From: a virus
Lineage: Duplodnaviria > Caudoviricetes
Virus record (IMG/VR): IMGVR_UViG_3300005076_000002
Coordinates: 128,001 to 192,000 of that record
DNA: 64,000 bases
Strand: one strand, 5' to 3'
Below the pieces are notes generated by a model. The model did not search any database, was not told the origin of the DNA, and saw only the letters and a list, made by a program, of their open reading frames with translations. Positions 39,350 through 47,864 of this stretch are shown piece after piece. The translations under genes were made by a program, and so were the position numbers. Position 1 is the stretch's first letter, and every line of letters starts with the position of its first letter.

Positions 39350-39618
39350 CCGAACTTATCAGCATCACTCAGGAAGACTTCGATGATGGCGTGCAGGAGA
39401 TCCTCCTGCATTTCGACACCAAACGTGTCGTTAAGCAGAAGTGGGAATGGCCTGATCTGAAGTTCCGTGGTAGCGACGAAACTGAATCGGCATACAAACT
39501 GTTCGAAAAGGCACATGCTGCCAACATCGATGTGAACATCGTCTATGGCATCATCACGGCTACCGCAAGACAGGTAGACGGTGAGGAGCTCGAAGTAGTT
39601 CCTGCCGAGGAACAGTAA
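39322..39618 (+). CDS. acidic hypothetical protein
   Basis: AGGAGG RBS. Confidence 0.7.
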   Translation: MSEVTDSVLAELISITQEDFDDGVQEILLHFDTKRVVKQKWEWPDLKFRGSDETESAYKLFEKAHAANIDVNIVYGIITATARQVDGEELEVVPAEEQ

Positions 39619-39622
39619 GATG

Positions 39623-39655
39623 CTAGGGGCTAATGCCCCTAGTTCTTTTTTTTTT
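39623..39655 (+). terminator. intrinsic terminator (CTAGGGG family)
   Basis: CTAGGGGC-TAAT-GCCCCTAG plus T run. Confidence 0.85.
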
Positions 39656-39665
39656 GCCCTATTCC

Positions 39666-39695
39666 AAAATAATTCAACTATATATTATCATTGTG
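39666..39695 (+). promoter_or_regulatory. putative early promoter
   Basis: AATTCAACTATATATTATCATTGTG. Confidence 0.65.
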
Positions 39696-39863
39696 CAATA
39701 CGCAATGTATTTGATCGGCATGACCTTTCGGATACTTACTTGGTATAACCTGGTTGGAGAATGAAAATGATTGTACTACACATCGACGTGTGTGCCTCGT
39801 TTAAACATTTTCTAACCAGGGGAGGGTATTTGTATTTAAAGGGGGTGATTCCCCCCTATTTTT
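39693..39863 (+). ncRNA. candidate structured non-coding RNA (about 170 nt)
   Basis: Own promoter motif and terminator; 15-bp stem 39749-39763/39806-39820 with nested stems. Confidence 0.5.
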
Positions 39864-39889
39864 GTCTTTTCTTTTTTTAGGAGGCCATC

Positions 39890-40606
39890 GTGGCAGGTTA
39901 CCCAAAAGCTTATATGTTAAGCAAGAAGAAGGTTAAGTTAAATGAAGATATCCCCACACTGACCCTAGATGATTTCATAGAGCTAAGTGATGATGCAATA
40001 AACCATTGCTACGATGTCTATGTTCTGGACAAATTCAAGAAGAAGGAAATAAAACGCCTCGAAGAGTTTGCCTCTGAGAACTTCGTCACTGTAAACTACA
40101 GACAGCCGTCGAAGAAAGAAATAAAAGCTGCCAAGAAATCAAAAAAGGAAACAGATGTTTCCATCCAGCCGTCGACCGTCGATTCGGAGAACACGCAACT
40201 ACTGCCAAACCGCGATTATGTCGTGAAGGTTATCGGCACGCCACCTGTACCACGAGCAAAAAATAAAAGGGATCGAATAATCGTTACACCGTTCGGACCT
40301 ATGAGGGAATCTGAATATGCAGCGATGCCATTTACCCCCATCTTGCAGGCAGTGATGTCGAGCGCGTTTTATATTGCTAGCGGCAGTAAACCCAAGGACG
40401 AACCCATCGTTCAGCAGGCTTACTATAACCGCGTGGCGCTGGCAGATGCATTGGCAGCCAAACTCCCATGGCAGGCGTCTGCCAGTGAGCGTAATGCTTT
40501 TAAGTACCACATTTGTCGCGAGATGTCAGAGGATGAGGTAGTTAACCTAGCAGTAGATACCATGGCTCAACACGAGCTGGTAAAAGGATTCACCGTTAAA
40601 AAATAA
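39890..40606 (+). CDS. hypothetical protein, Lys-rich
   Basis: AGGAGG RBS, GTG start. Confidence 0.75.
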   Translation: MAGYPKAYMLSKKKVKLNEDIPTLTLDDFIELSDDAINHCYDVYVLDKFKKKEIKRLEEFASENFVTVNYRQPSKKEIKAAKKSKKETDVSIQPSTVDSENTQLLPNRDYVVKVIGTPPVPRAKNKRDRIIVTPFGPMRESEYAAMPFTPILQAVMSSAFYIASGSKPKDEPIVQQAYYNRVALADALAAKLPWQASASERNAFKYHICREMSEDEVVNLAVDTMAQHELVKGFTVKK

Positions 40607-40654
40607 CAAAGTGGGTTTACTATAAGTAAGCCCATCATAAGTCTCGGAGTAAAC

Positions 40655-41281
40655 ATGTCAGGACATACCAAGAAGTCGAATAACATTGCTTTGAACCCAC
40701 TTGCTCGTAAATTCTGGGCTGAGCAAATATATCGAACGTATGGCGTAGGGAATGTGGATGCCATGGGTATGATTATCAAATTCCTGTGCCCAGAGCTCAA
40801 CGGAGAGTCCGTCTACACCATTAAGGGATACGGTGTAGACGCTGTTGCGGAAAACGCTTATGGGTTCTATGAAGCTAGAATCCTAAAGCTCGTGCAGCGT
40901 ATAGGGGCACATCGTGACTGTCGCACTATCCCAACTATTGAGGTTGTGCGCGGATTGCTCAGGGAAGCATGTATCGCATTTAACAACACGATTTCTCGCG
41001 TACGGATCAAGGAAGGTAAACAGGTGTATTATCGCCAGACCGAACACAGCTACGAGATGATCTGCGGTGATGACAAATTCGTCATGTCTCAGATCATGGG
41101 TGTCCCGGCAACAGAGTTCGAAGTCAAGTTCAAGCGGGCTTACGAATTCCATGTTCCTGCGAAAGACCATCTGGTTTTAAGTGGCTACCGCAAAGTAGTA
41201 TCGCGGCCCAATCGCAAGTTCTTATTCACTGAACAAGGATGGCAGATGAAAACACGCTGCTACAATACGAAATGTTTGTGA
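40655..41281 (+). CDS. hypothetical protein
   Basis: GGAG RBS. Confidence 0.75.
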   Translation: MSGHTKKSNNIALNPLARKFWAEQIYRTYGVGNVDAMGMIIKFLCPELNGESVYTIKGYGVDAVAENAYGFYEARILKLVQRIGAHRDCRTIPTIEVVRGLLREACIAFNNTISRVRIKEGKQVYYRQTEHSYEMICGDDKFVMSQIMGVPATEFEVKFKRAYEFHVPAKDHLVLSGYRKVVSRPNRKFLFTEQGWQMKTRCYNTKCL

Positions 41282-41287
41282 GGATTT

Positions 41288-41722
41288 ATGTTATTTCTAA
41301 TGCCGGAGTCGTGGGTTGTTGACGGCGTGTCTCTAAGTCCAAATGTTCGTGTTATTTTGTCTACCCTACTGACTAATGCTATCGGGGAAGATATCACACC
41401 AGAGTACGAGTGGCGGCGATTAATGAAACCTACTACGTTTGCTTACAATGGTGCGGTTATCGATATTAACCTTAGGAATATTGGCCATAACCAACTCGTC
41501 GTCATTGCACACGTCTCAGAGTCAGACGGCGTGATCAAGGACGTTATGAGGCAACTCGAATTTGATAAAATCAGAGAGGCCAAAATTAAAATATTCAATC
41601 GGACGGATAAAACGGTACCGGATGAGGACTGGTACTGTGGTATCAAATACACAGGTTACTATACTGCAATCGGGGCCCTCGAAAAACTCGCGGTAAGTGA
41701 AAAAGACTTTATCAAACACTAG
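41288..41722 (+). CDS. hypothetical protein
   Basis: GAGG RBS. Confidence 0.7.
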   Translation: MLFLMPESWVVDGVSLSPNVRVILSTLLTNAIGEDITPEYEWRRLMKPTTFAYNGAVIDINLRNIGHNQLVVIAHVSESDGVIKDVMRQLEFDKIREAKIKIFNRTDKTVPDEDWYCGIKYTGYYTAIGALEKLAVSEKDFIKH

Positions 41723-41731
41723 GACTTTAAC

Positions 41732-42841
41732 ATGTATCTTATTACCAAGCACGACAACTTCCACCGTCACATCCAACAACCCTTTATGCCCAAGAGCGTA
41801 TCTCGTATCGGTACGACCAAGGTTGAGAACGTCATCTACACACTGTACTTTGCCGACGTTGAAGACGTTACCGGTGAAATCGGTGAGAACGTGTTCTTCT
41901 TTGGCCTTTCCGAAGATTTCGGCGCCATTCTTAACCGGCTTAAATCTCGCGGTGGCGCTAAAGCCGAGGGACGTATTCTGTACCACGGCTTCATGAATAA
42001 TGAACAGACTGTTACTGCTGAGCTCAACGACAGTATAGAAAATCTGTCGGTGGCTTTTGGTCTGGGGTCAGCCCTGAGTAAATCTCAAGAAGACCATCGT
42101 CGCATGATGGCTCTCGCAGAACAGTACAATATGGAGTCTGAAAACGAAGAAGCACTGAAGAGTGCACTGCTTGGCATGTACAAAGAGTTCATGGCTGTAA
42201 TGTCTCCACGTATCGTACTCGAGGGCATGAAACAACGCCAGCATGTCGTAGTCAGTCAAGGCGGTGTTATGACCGATGCACAGATCGCCCAAGCCGTTCT
42301 CGACCATGGTATGATCAAACCTTTCTTTATGGACACCGTCCGTGAAGTAAATGGCCAGCCGGTGATCTCCTTTGGTCTGGGTTCGATGGGCTATGATACT
42401 CGCCTGCGCCCTATCTTCAAGCTGTTCAAGAAAGACCCGATCAATGGCGCGATCGACCCGAAAGCTTTCAACGAGAAACACGTAAGGATCGTTGAAGGTG
42501 ATGTCATCGAATTGCCCCCGAAGACCTATGCGTTGAGTGAGACTGTTGAACGATTCGACATGCCCAATAACGTAATGGCTTTCTGTCTGGCAAAGTCGAC
42601 CTATGCCCGCTGCTGTATCGGTGTAAACACTACACCTATTTGGCCAGGCTTCAAAGGCCATGTCGTTATCGAGTTCTATAACCACGGTGACGTCCCGGTT
42701 AAGATCTATGCAAATGAAGGGTTTGCGCAGTTCGTCTTCATGCGTGCATCGCAAGACGTTAATCGCAATTATGCCGACCGTGGCGGCGTCTACCACGGAC
42801 AAGAAACAGGTGTTCAATCTGCAAAGGTAGGTAAGCAATGA
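41732..42841 (+). CDS. dcd: dCTP deaminase with a roughly 175-aa N-terminal extension
   Basis: ISFGLGSMGYDTRL, KSTYARC, VIEFYN, KIYANEGFAQFVF, YADRGGVYHGQ. Confidence 0.85.
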   Translation: MYLITKHDNFHRHIQQPFMPKSVSRIGTTKVENVIYTLYFADVEDVTGEIGENVFFFGLSEDFGAILNRLKSRGGAKAEGRILYHGFMNNEQTVTAELNDSIENLSVAFGLGSALSKSQEDHRRMMALAEQYNMESENEEALKSALLGMYKEFMAVMSPRIVLEGMKQRQHVVVSQGGVMTDAQIAQAVLDHGMIKPFFMDTVREVNGQPVISFGLGSMGYDTRLRPIFKLFKKDPINGAIDPKAFNEKHVRIVEGDVIELPPKTYALSETVERFDMPNNVMAFCLAKSTYARCCIGVNTTPIWPGFKGHVVIEFYNHGDVPVKIYANEGFAQFVFMRASQDVNRNYADRGGVYHGQETGVQSAKVGKQ

Positions 42842-43359
42842 ACCACATCATTAAGGTATCCTCCGTGATACCGGACTACAGCGTCGCATTAGACACGTTG
42901 TTGGTGTCTGCTGCTGGTGCCGCTTCGGTAGCAGAGGCGCAGATGAGTATCTCCGCGCTGATACGTACCGCCGCACATGAAACGCTGGTACTGGGAGACC
43001 CCCATGACCCATCGTTTGAACTGACTGTCCTGATTCCTGGTATCAAAACCTTGATGGACGAGTCACGTCTGCATCAGCAGATGATGGGGATGGCAGTTAA
43101 CCTCATTGGCCCTCCGATGGCTATCCATGCACAGACGGAATCCGAAAGCGTAAAGGAGACGTTCTTCGAAATTGTCAACACGCTGGGTTGGCTCGGGGAA
43201 TACCTCGGCCCGCAGGTACAGATCGATGGACTTAAGTTCATTGACGTGCCGGTCGGTGAAAACAAACGTCATATGACGGCGATCATGTTCAATGGTCGTC
43301 TGCATCCGACATCATTCATTAACTTCGTTGGCAATCGTAACTACTACTACTCGGTGTAA
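42838..43359 (+). CDS. hypothetical protein
   Basis: ATGA overlap with dcd. Confidence 0.7.
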   Translation: MNHIIKVSSVIPDYSVALDTLLVSAAGAASVAEAQMSISALIRTAAHETLVLGDPHDPSFELTVLIPGIKTLMDESRLHQQMMGMAVNLIGPPMAIHAQTESESVKETFFEIVNTLGWLGEYLGPQVQIDGLKFIDVPVGENKRHMTAIMFNGRLHPTSFINFVGNRNYYYSV

Positions 43360-43360
43360 T

Positions 43361-43483
43361 ATGAAGACCTTCTTTAAAGCAATGTCTGTTGTCGCTGCTG
43401 CTGTTGTCGGTCTGGCCGCTCCTTACGGGGCGGTCGCTATTTACCTCATGGGAATCATCTGGTATAACCAGATTTTTCATTGA
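43361..43483 (+). CDS. small membrane protein (40 aa)
   Basis: MKTFFKAMSVVAAAVVGLAAPYGAVAIYLMGIIWYNQIFH. Confidence 0.55.
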   Translation: MKTFFKAMSVVAAAVVGLAAPYGAVAIYLMGIIWYNQIFH

Positions 43484-43501
43484 TATGTAAAGGGAGCAAT
43501 C

Positions 43502-43990
43502 ATGCATGAACTAATCTTTCAATTGAGGCGCTACTATATGAAGCCGATGAGTTTCGTTAGTAAGCGCTGGTGGAACCTCAAACTCGATATCCTTTGCAAG
43601 TATTATGGTGGCGGTAAGAATATCCCTCCTGCGGTACTAGCCAAATGGTGCCCTATAGTACATGACAATATTGAACGGGCGTGTATCGGAGCCTGTCTAC
43701 CGGTTGTACGGCTGGGACAGTTCTTGGGTATTCCGCTTGAACAAGACATCGCCATGGCGTATTTCAACGGCTTCGTGTACAACAATGCAAAAACCTACTA
43801 CGAATTGAAAGTGGGCCGTCGTATTGCGTTATCGGTTCGCCCTGCTAAACAGTATTTCCGTTGCCTTTATATGCAGGGGCATTATCAGCGTAAAATCAAA
43901 TTCGTTCTCTCTCAACCGGAAAAGCTGGAAGAGTTCCGTAAGTTGATAGAAGAACCCAACGAGCACTTAACGTTGTCAATCAGCGTATAA
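43502..43990 (+). CDS. hypothetical protein
   Basis: GGGAG RBS; terminator at 43994-44013 follows. Confidence 0.7.
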   Translation: MHELIFQLRRYYMKPMSFVSKRWWNLKLDILCKYYGGGKNIPPAVLAKWCPIVHDNIERACIGACLPVVRLGQFLGIPLEQDIAMAYFNGFVYNNAKTYYELKVGRRIALSVRPAKQYFRCLYMQGHYQRKIKFVLSQPEKLEEFRKLIEEPNEHLTLSISV

Positions 43991-44069
43991 CAAAGAGCGG
44001 GGAAACCCGCTCTATTTTTTTATTTACTTTTCAGCGCATCTTTTGCTAGATTCAACAGGAATAATAATA

Positions 44070-44789
44070 ATGTCTTTTGTTAACATTCAACGTGTAGTGC
44101 GCGAAGTCTTCGAGTGGGCGCCGTCGTTTAACCCCCGCGACCCCGAAGACATTTTCAGGATTATCGAATCTTTACATGAACCCCTCACTGCCGAGGGTCG
44201 TATCCGTCTGATGACGGCACACGCCGTAAGCTTCCACGATGCCCGTGGTATTTACGAGACGGCTACCAGACCCCTTACATGGGACGAGTATGCGTTTGAG
44301 GATAAGGTCTTCCTTATTGCGCTAGTGGCTTACCACACCCACTATCGTTTTACTCCGCCGTCCGTACGGGAAGTAGCCACCAACCATTACATTAACTACA
44401 TCAGTAATATTATCTACGGTTGGACTACCTACAATCACAAAGTAGACCCGTCACGTTACAATCTCGCGGAACGGTGCCGCTCTATTCGTAACTTCATGAC
44501 GATAATGAACTTCACCACTATCCGGCTGACCAAAACGCTTTATGCGTATATGGCAAACACCGCACCGCTGGATGACGTAATGGAATTCGCCAGCCGTAAT
44601 CGCGTTATTGACGAAATCGTAAATCATGAAGCTTATATCTCCATGATGTTCAAAGTCGAATATCGACTGGCTTCACAAACCAACATGAACCCCAACAACG
44701 CAGTACGTATCGTGCGTGCTGTGATGGATGAAATGCCGGGCGCCACCTACACTACAATTCTTAACCTTCACCTTGACCGAGAAAAATAA
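44070..44789 (+). CDS. hypothetical protein (possible paralog of 44792)
   Basis: AGGA RBS before MSFVNIQ. Confidence 0.7.
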   Translation: MSFVNIQRVVREVFEWAPSFNPRDPEDIFRIIESLHEPLTAEGRIRLMTAHAVSFHDARGIYETATRPLTWDEYAFEDKVFLIALVAYHTHYRFTPPSVREVATNHYINYISNIIYGWTTYNHKVDPSRYNLAERCRSIRNFMTIMNFTTIRLTKTLYAYMANTAPLDDVMEFASRNRVIDEIVNHEAYISMMFKVEYRLASQTNMNPNNAVRIVRAVMDEMPGATYTTILNLHLDREK

Positions 44790-44791
44790 AA

Positions 44792-45532
44792 ATGGACCCC
44801 ATTCAAACTTACGTCGATAAACTTTTTTCCTATGACAAGCGCTACAGCTTCGATGACATCCGCCAAGTAGAAGTCGCCCTGCGTGAGATGGGTATTGGCC
44901 AGGGCAAAGATTTCTGGCAGACACTCCAGGCTGTTAATGCAGCGGTAAAGTACGGCGCTACGCGTACTGGTCGTAATGGCTTCTCGCTCTCCACTGGTAC
45001 TGGCATGGGGCGTTATCTTCCGATGGACGGGATTCTGCTGACCATGACCGCCAGAGCCCAAACCGGCTATGACAGGGTAGCTTCTGTCGTGGGTATGAAT
45101 ATTGTCATTTCTCGCCACTACCGTAAGTTTACTGAAATGGCTATCCGCCAATATTTCAGGAACTGTTCCGCTGACGGCCATATCAACCAGCCTATCTCTC
45201 AGCGCTGTCGTCACATCAAGGGCTACATCGAAAGCGCCCAGATGAACTGCTGGACAATCGCACGTATGGTGTGTCGTTCTTTGTGCGAGCAGCTCAGCAT
45301 TAAAGATATGGACCTCATGCCCACTGGCGCTGCTATCGACAGTGTCTTCCTGGGCTCTCCCAAGTTTTTGTATCTGTTGACCCTCATTGAAGATGAGGCC
45401 ACTAAACAAAACTGGAATACCGATACCGCGTTCTACTGCATGCGAATCGTAATGGACCGTGAAGACCAGCTCATCGAACCACTGCTCCAAGAGATCATCG
45501 ACCGGGAACGCGAAAGGAGAAACAAAAAATGA
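44792..45532 (+). CDS. hypothetical protein (possible paralog of 44070)
   Basis: 246-aa ORF. Confidence 0.75.
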   Translation: MDPIQTYVDKLFSYDKRYSFDDIRQVEVALREMGIGQGKDFWQTLQAVNAAVKYGATRTGRNGFSLSTGTGMGRYLPMDGILLTMTARAQTGYDRVASVVGMNIVISRHYRKFTEMAIRQYFRNCSADGHINQPISQRCRHIKGYIESAQMNCWTIARMVCRSLCEQLSIKDMDLMPTGAAIDSVFLGSPKFLYLLTLIEDEATKQNWNTDTAFYCMRIVMDREDQLIEPLLQEIIDRERERRNKK

Positions 45533-45720
45533 TAAAGACGGGACGGACGTGGGAGCCTGGGCTGATGGACGATATCCCAATACTCACGAAGGATGCCGAT
45601 ACGGGCAAAGAGCATGTCCGTATTGGTAGTTGTAATCAGCAGGCATTGATGATCATTGCAAAAGACCCCGAGCGGGTCTTTACCGAACGCTTGGCAAGTG
45701 GCGATATAGGCATTTTCTAA
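45529..45720 (+). CDS. small hypothetical protein
   Basis: AAGGAG RBS, ATGA overlap. Confidence 0.6.
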   Translation: MIKTGRTWEPGLMDDIPILTKDADTGKEHVRIGSCNQQALMIIAKDPERVFTERLASGDIGIF

Positions 45721-45782
45721 AATCTAAATAATAACGTCGGGGAGTCTACTATGTAGGTCCCTTAAAACGTACCGGAGTAAAA

Positions 45783-47228
45783 ATGTTACAAGACATCTTA
45801 ACATACATCAACACCGTGTCTCAGGGTAACCAGATGATTGCGGGCGCACTCACATTGACCGCGTCGGGGGCAGTGATGTTCCTCATTAAAGAAATGCCTA
45901 TGCGAATCATGGCCTTTCTGCGGTCTCAGTTTACCACCACTGCCAGTTTTAACAACGGTAGCTGGGAGAAGCAAACTACCTTTATCCGTATCGCGGACTT
46001 TCTGGCCAAAAAGACCACGGAAACTGGTAGTCGTAGTGTGACGATTGACAGTATCTGGGACCGTGATACCGGCCGTACCAAACTGGTCGTCACAATCGGT
46101 TCTGGCAAACACTTCTTCTTCTATCGTGGGCAGCCTATCATGCTCCACCGTTCCATGATGCAGGAGAACAACGGCGACGTCATCAAAGAAATCATTACGC
46201 TGACTAAACTGGGTCGCTCGCACAAACTGTTCCATGACCTGGTTAAGGATAACACCCCGACCAAGCACAAAGCCCTCTCTATCTCCACATGGGCTCAAGG
46301 CGAGTGGCGCCAGACCAGCGAGCTCGACGCTGGCGGTCTGGAGACCATTGCACTGGATAAAGACATTCGTGAGTTCTTCATCGAACAGATGGATAACTTC
46401 AAGAACGGTAAGGATACCTACCGTCGTCTGGGTCTGGCATACAAGATGACCGTTATCCTGCATGGCCTGACCGGTTCCGGTAAGACCTGCCTGATTCGTG
46501 CATTGGCCGCCCAATACCGGATGAACGTCTGTATCCTCGACCTCAGTGAAATCAGCCCGGTACAGTTGGTTGCAGCCCTGGGTTCTGTTCCTGGTAACTC
46601 GCTGTTACTGGCTGAGGACTTTGACTCTGCCCGCCACCTCCACAGCCGTGTAGATAAAAAGAAAGCCAACGAGACGAAAACAAAGGAGGTTGACAACCGC
46701 CCATTATCTGACCAAGTCATTGACGAGTTCATGGGTGGTAATTTGTCCAGCACGCTGAACGCGTTGGACGGTATCTCCAGTCTGAACAATGTGGTAGTTT
46801 TCCTGACCACTAACCATCTGGAGAAAATCGATAACGCGGTCTATCGCCCCGGTCGCGTCGACCACATCGTTGAACTGCCGAAGCCGTCGGTCGCGGCTAT
46901 CCGTGAGCACTTCGAGTATTGCTACCCGGATATCAATCAGTATGAGCCAGTATGGAGTGATTTGCCCGGTTGCATCATCCACAAAGTCAAGCAGCTTAGT
47001 CTGGGTAACACCAAACGTGCTGCTGACCTGTTGACTTACTACGGACTGAACCCGGAAGTGGCACTGCAAGAGCAGCGCGGTGAGCTCGAGCATATGGTTA
47101 GCATCAAGGAAAAGATGGCGGCCATCCAAGAGCATGCTAAGCGCCAGCAAAATAAGACACCGGTCGCTGGGACCGATGAAGAAACTGCGCCGAGTGGCGA
47201 TATGGCGATTACGGAGAAAGCGGCATGA
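45783..47228 (+). CDS. BCS1-like membrane-anchored AAA+ ATPase
   Basis: N-terminal TM helix; GSGKHFFFYRGQPI and EIITLTKLGRS (BCS1_N-like); YRRLGLAYK, GLTGSGKT, LLAEDFD, LNALDG, TTNHLEKIDNAVYRPGRVD. Confidence 0.8.
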   Translation: MLQDILTYINTVSQGNQMIAGALTLTASGAVMFLIKEMPMRIMAFLRSQFTTTASFNNGSWEKQTTFIRIADFLAKKTTETGSRSVTIDSIWDRDTGRTKLVVTIGSGKHFFFYRGQPIMLHRSMMQENNGDVIKEIITLTKLGRSHKLFHDLVKDNTPTKHKALSISTWAQGEWRQTSELDAGGLETIALDKDIREFFIEQMDNFKNGKDTYRRLGLAYKMTVILHGLTGSGKTCLIRALAAQYRMNVCILDLSEISPVQLVAALGSVPGNSLLLAEDFDSARHLHSRVDKKKANETKTKEVDNRPLSDQVIDEFMGGNLSSTLNALDGISSLNNVVVFLTTNHLEKIDNAVYRPGRVDHIVELPKPSVAAIREHFEYCYPDINQYEPVWSDLPGCIIHKVKQLSLGNTKRAADLLTYYGLNPEVALQEQRGELEHMVSIKEKMAAIQEHAKRQQNKTPVAGTDEETAPSGDMAITEKAA

Positions 47229-47277
47229 GTGTAGAAAATCAAGAAATTCTGTCGAGCATTTAAAGGGCTTATGAAAA

Positions 47278-47688
47278 ATGACACCATTTAATCACCACCT
47301 CATCTGTGCCTTTTGGGCCTGGTGTGAAGAGAATGCCATTCGTACCCACGTGCGCTTTGCACGTAATGCGCCAGGGGTAGTTTGGCATCCTCAGCGTAAA
47401 CAGCATGCTGATGTCTTGAGCATCGGTTCTAACGCAGTTACTAATCTCGTTATCAACGAGGCTGGTCTTAGCTGCAATGCGCGTATCCAAGGCATGGCGA
47501 TGGAAGTATTCCTTCCATTGGAAAGTATTGACTACGTGTTCTCACCGGATACCGACCAGATAGCGCTGCCGTTGCCTCCGGTAGTACGGACTCAGCCGAC
47601 CGCGCCTAAAGTCGACCTCGATAAGGCATCCAAGCCGGAACCTACTCCGGTAGCCAAATCCCGTGCACATCTGACGGTGGTAAAATAA
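47278..47688 (+). CDS. sspB: SspB-like ClpXP adaptor
   Basis: AFWAWCEEN..THV, LSIGSNAVTNL.I, CNARIQG..EVFLP; C-terminal RAHLTVVK matches the SspB ClpX-binding tail (RPALRVVK type). Confidence 0.8.
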   Translation: MTPFNHHLICAFWAWCEENAIRTHVRFARNAPGVVWHPQRKQHADVLSIGSNAVTNLVINEAGLSCNARIQGMAMEVFLPLESIDYVFSPDTDQIALPLPPVVRTQPTAPKVDLDKASKPEPTPVAKSRAHLTVVK

Positions 47689-47758
47689 CCCCAACGGTAG
47701 GAAGGTATCGTGGGAGTTGAGCGCGGTAATGATAATCGCCGACCGGCATAAATAAGCG

Positions 47759-47787
47759 CTAGGGGCTTAGGCCCCTAGTTTTTTTTT
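47759..47787 (+). terminator. intrinsic terminator (CTAGGGG family)
   Basis: CTAGGGGC-TTAG-GCCCCTAG plus T run. Confidence 0.9.
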
Positions 47788-47864
47788 GTGTTTTTTTATT
47801 CTAAATCTTATGTGGGATCCATCCATTCTGAGGCATGGACGCAAACCAACAGGAAACACAATCG

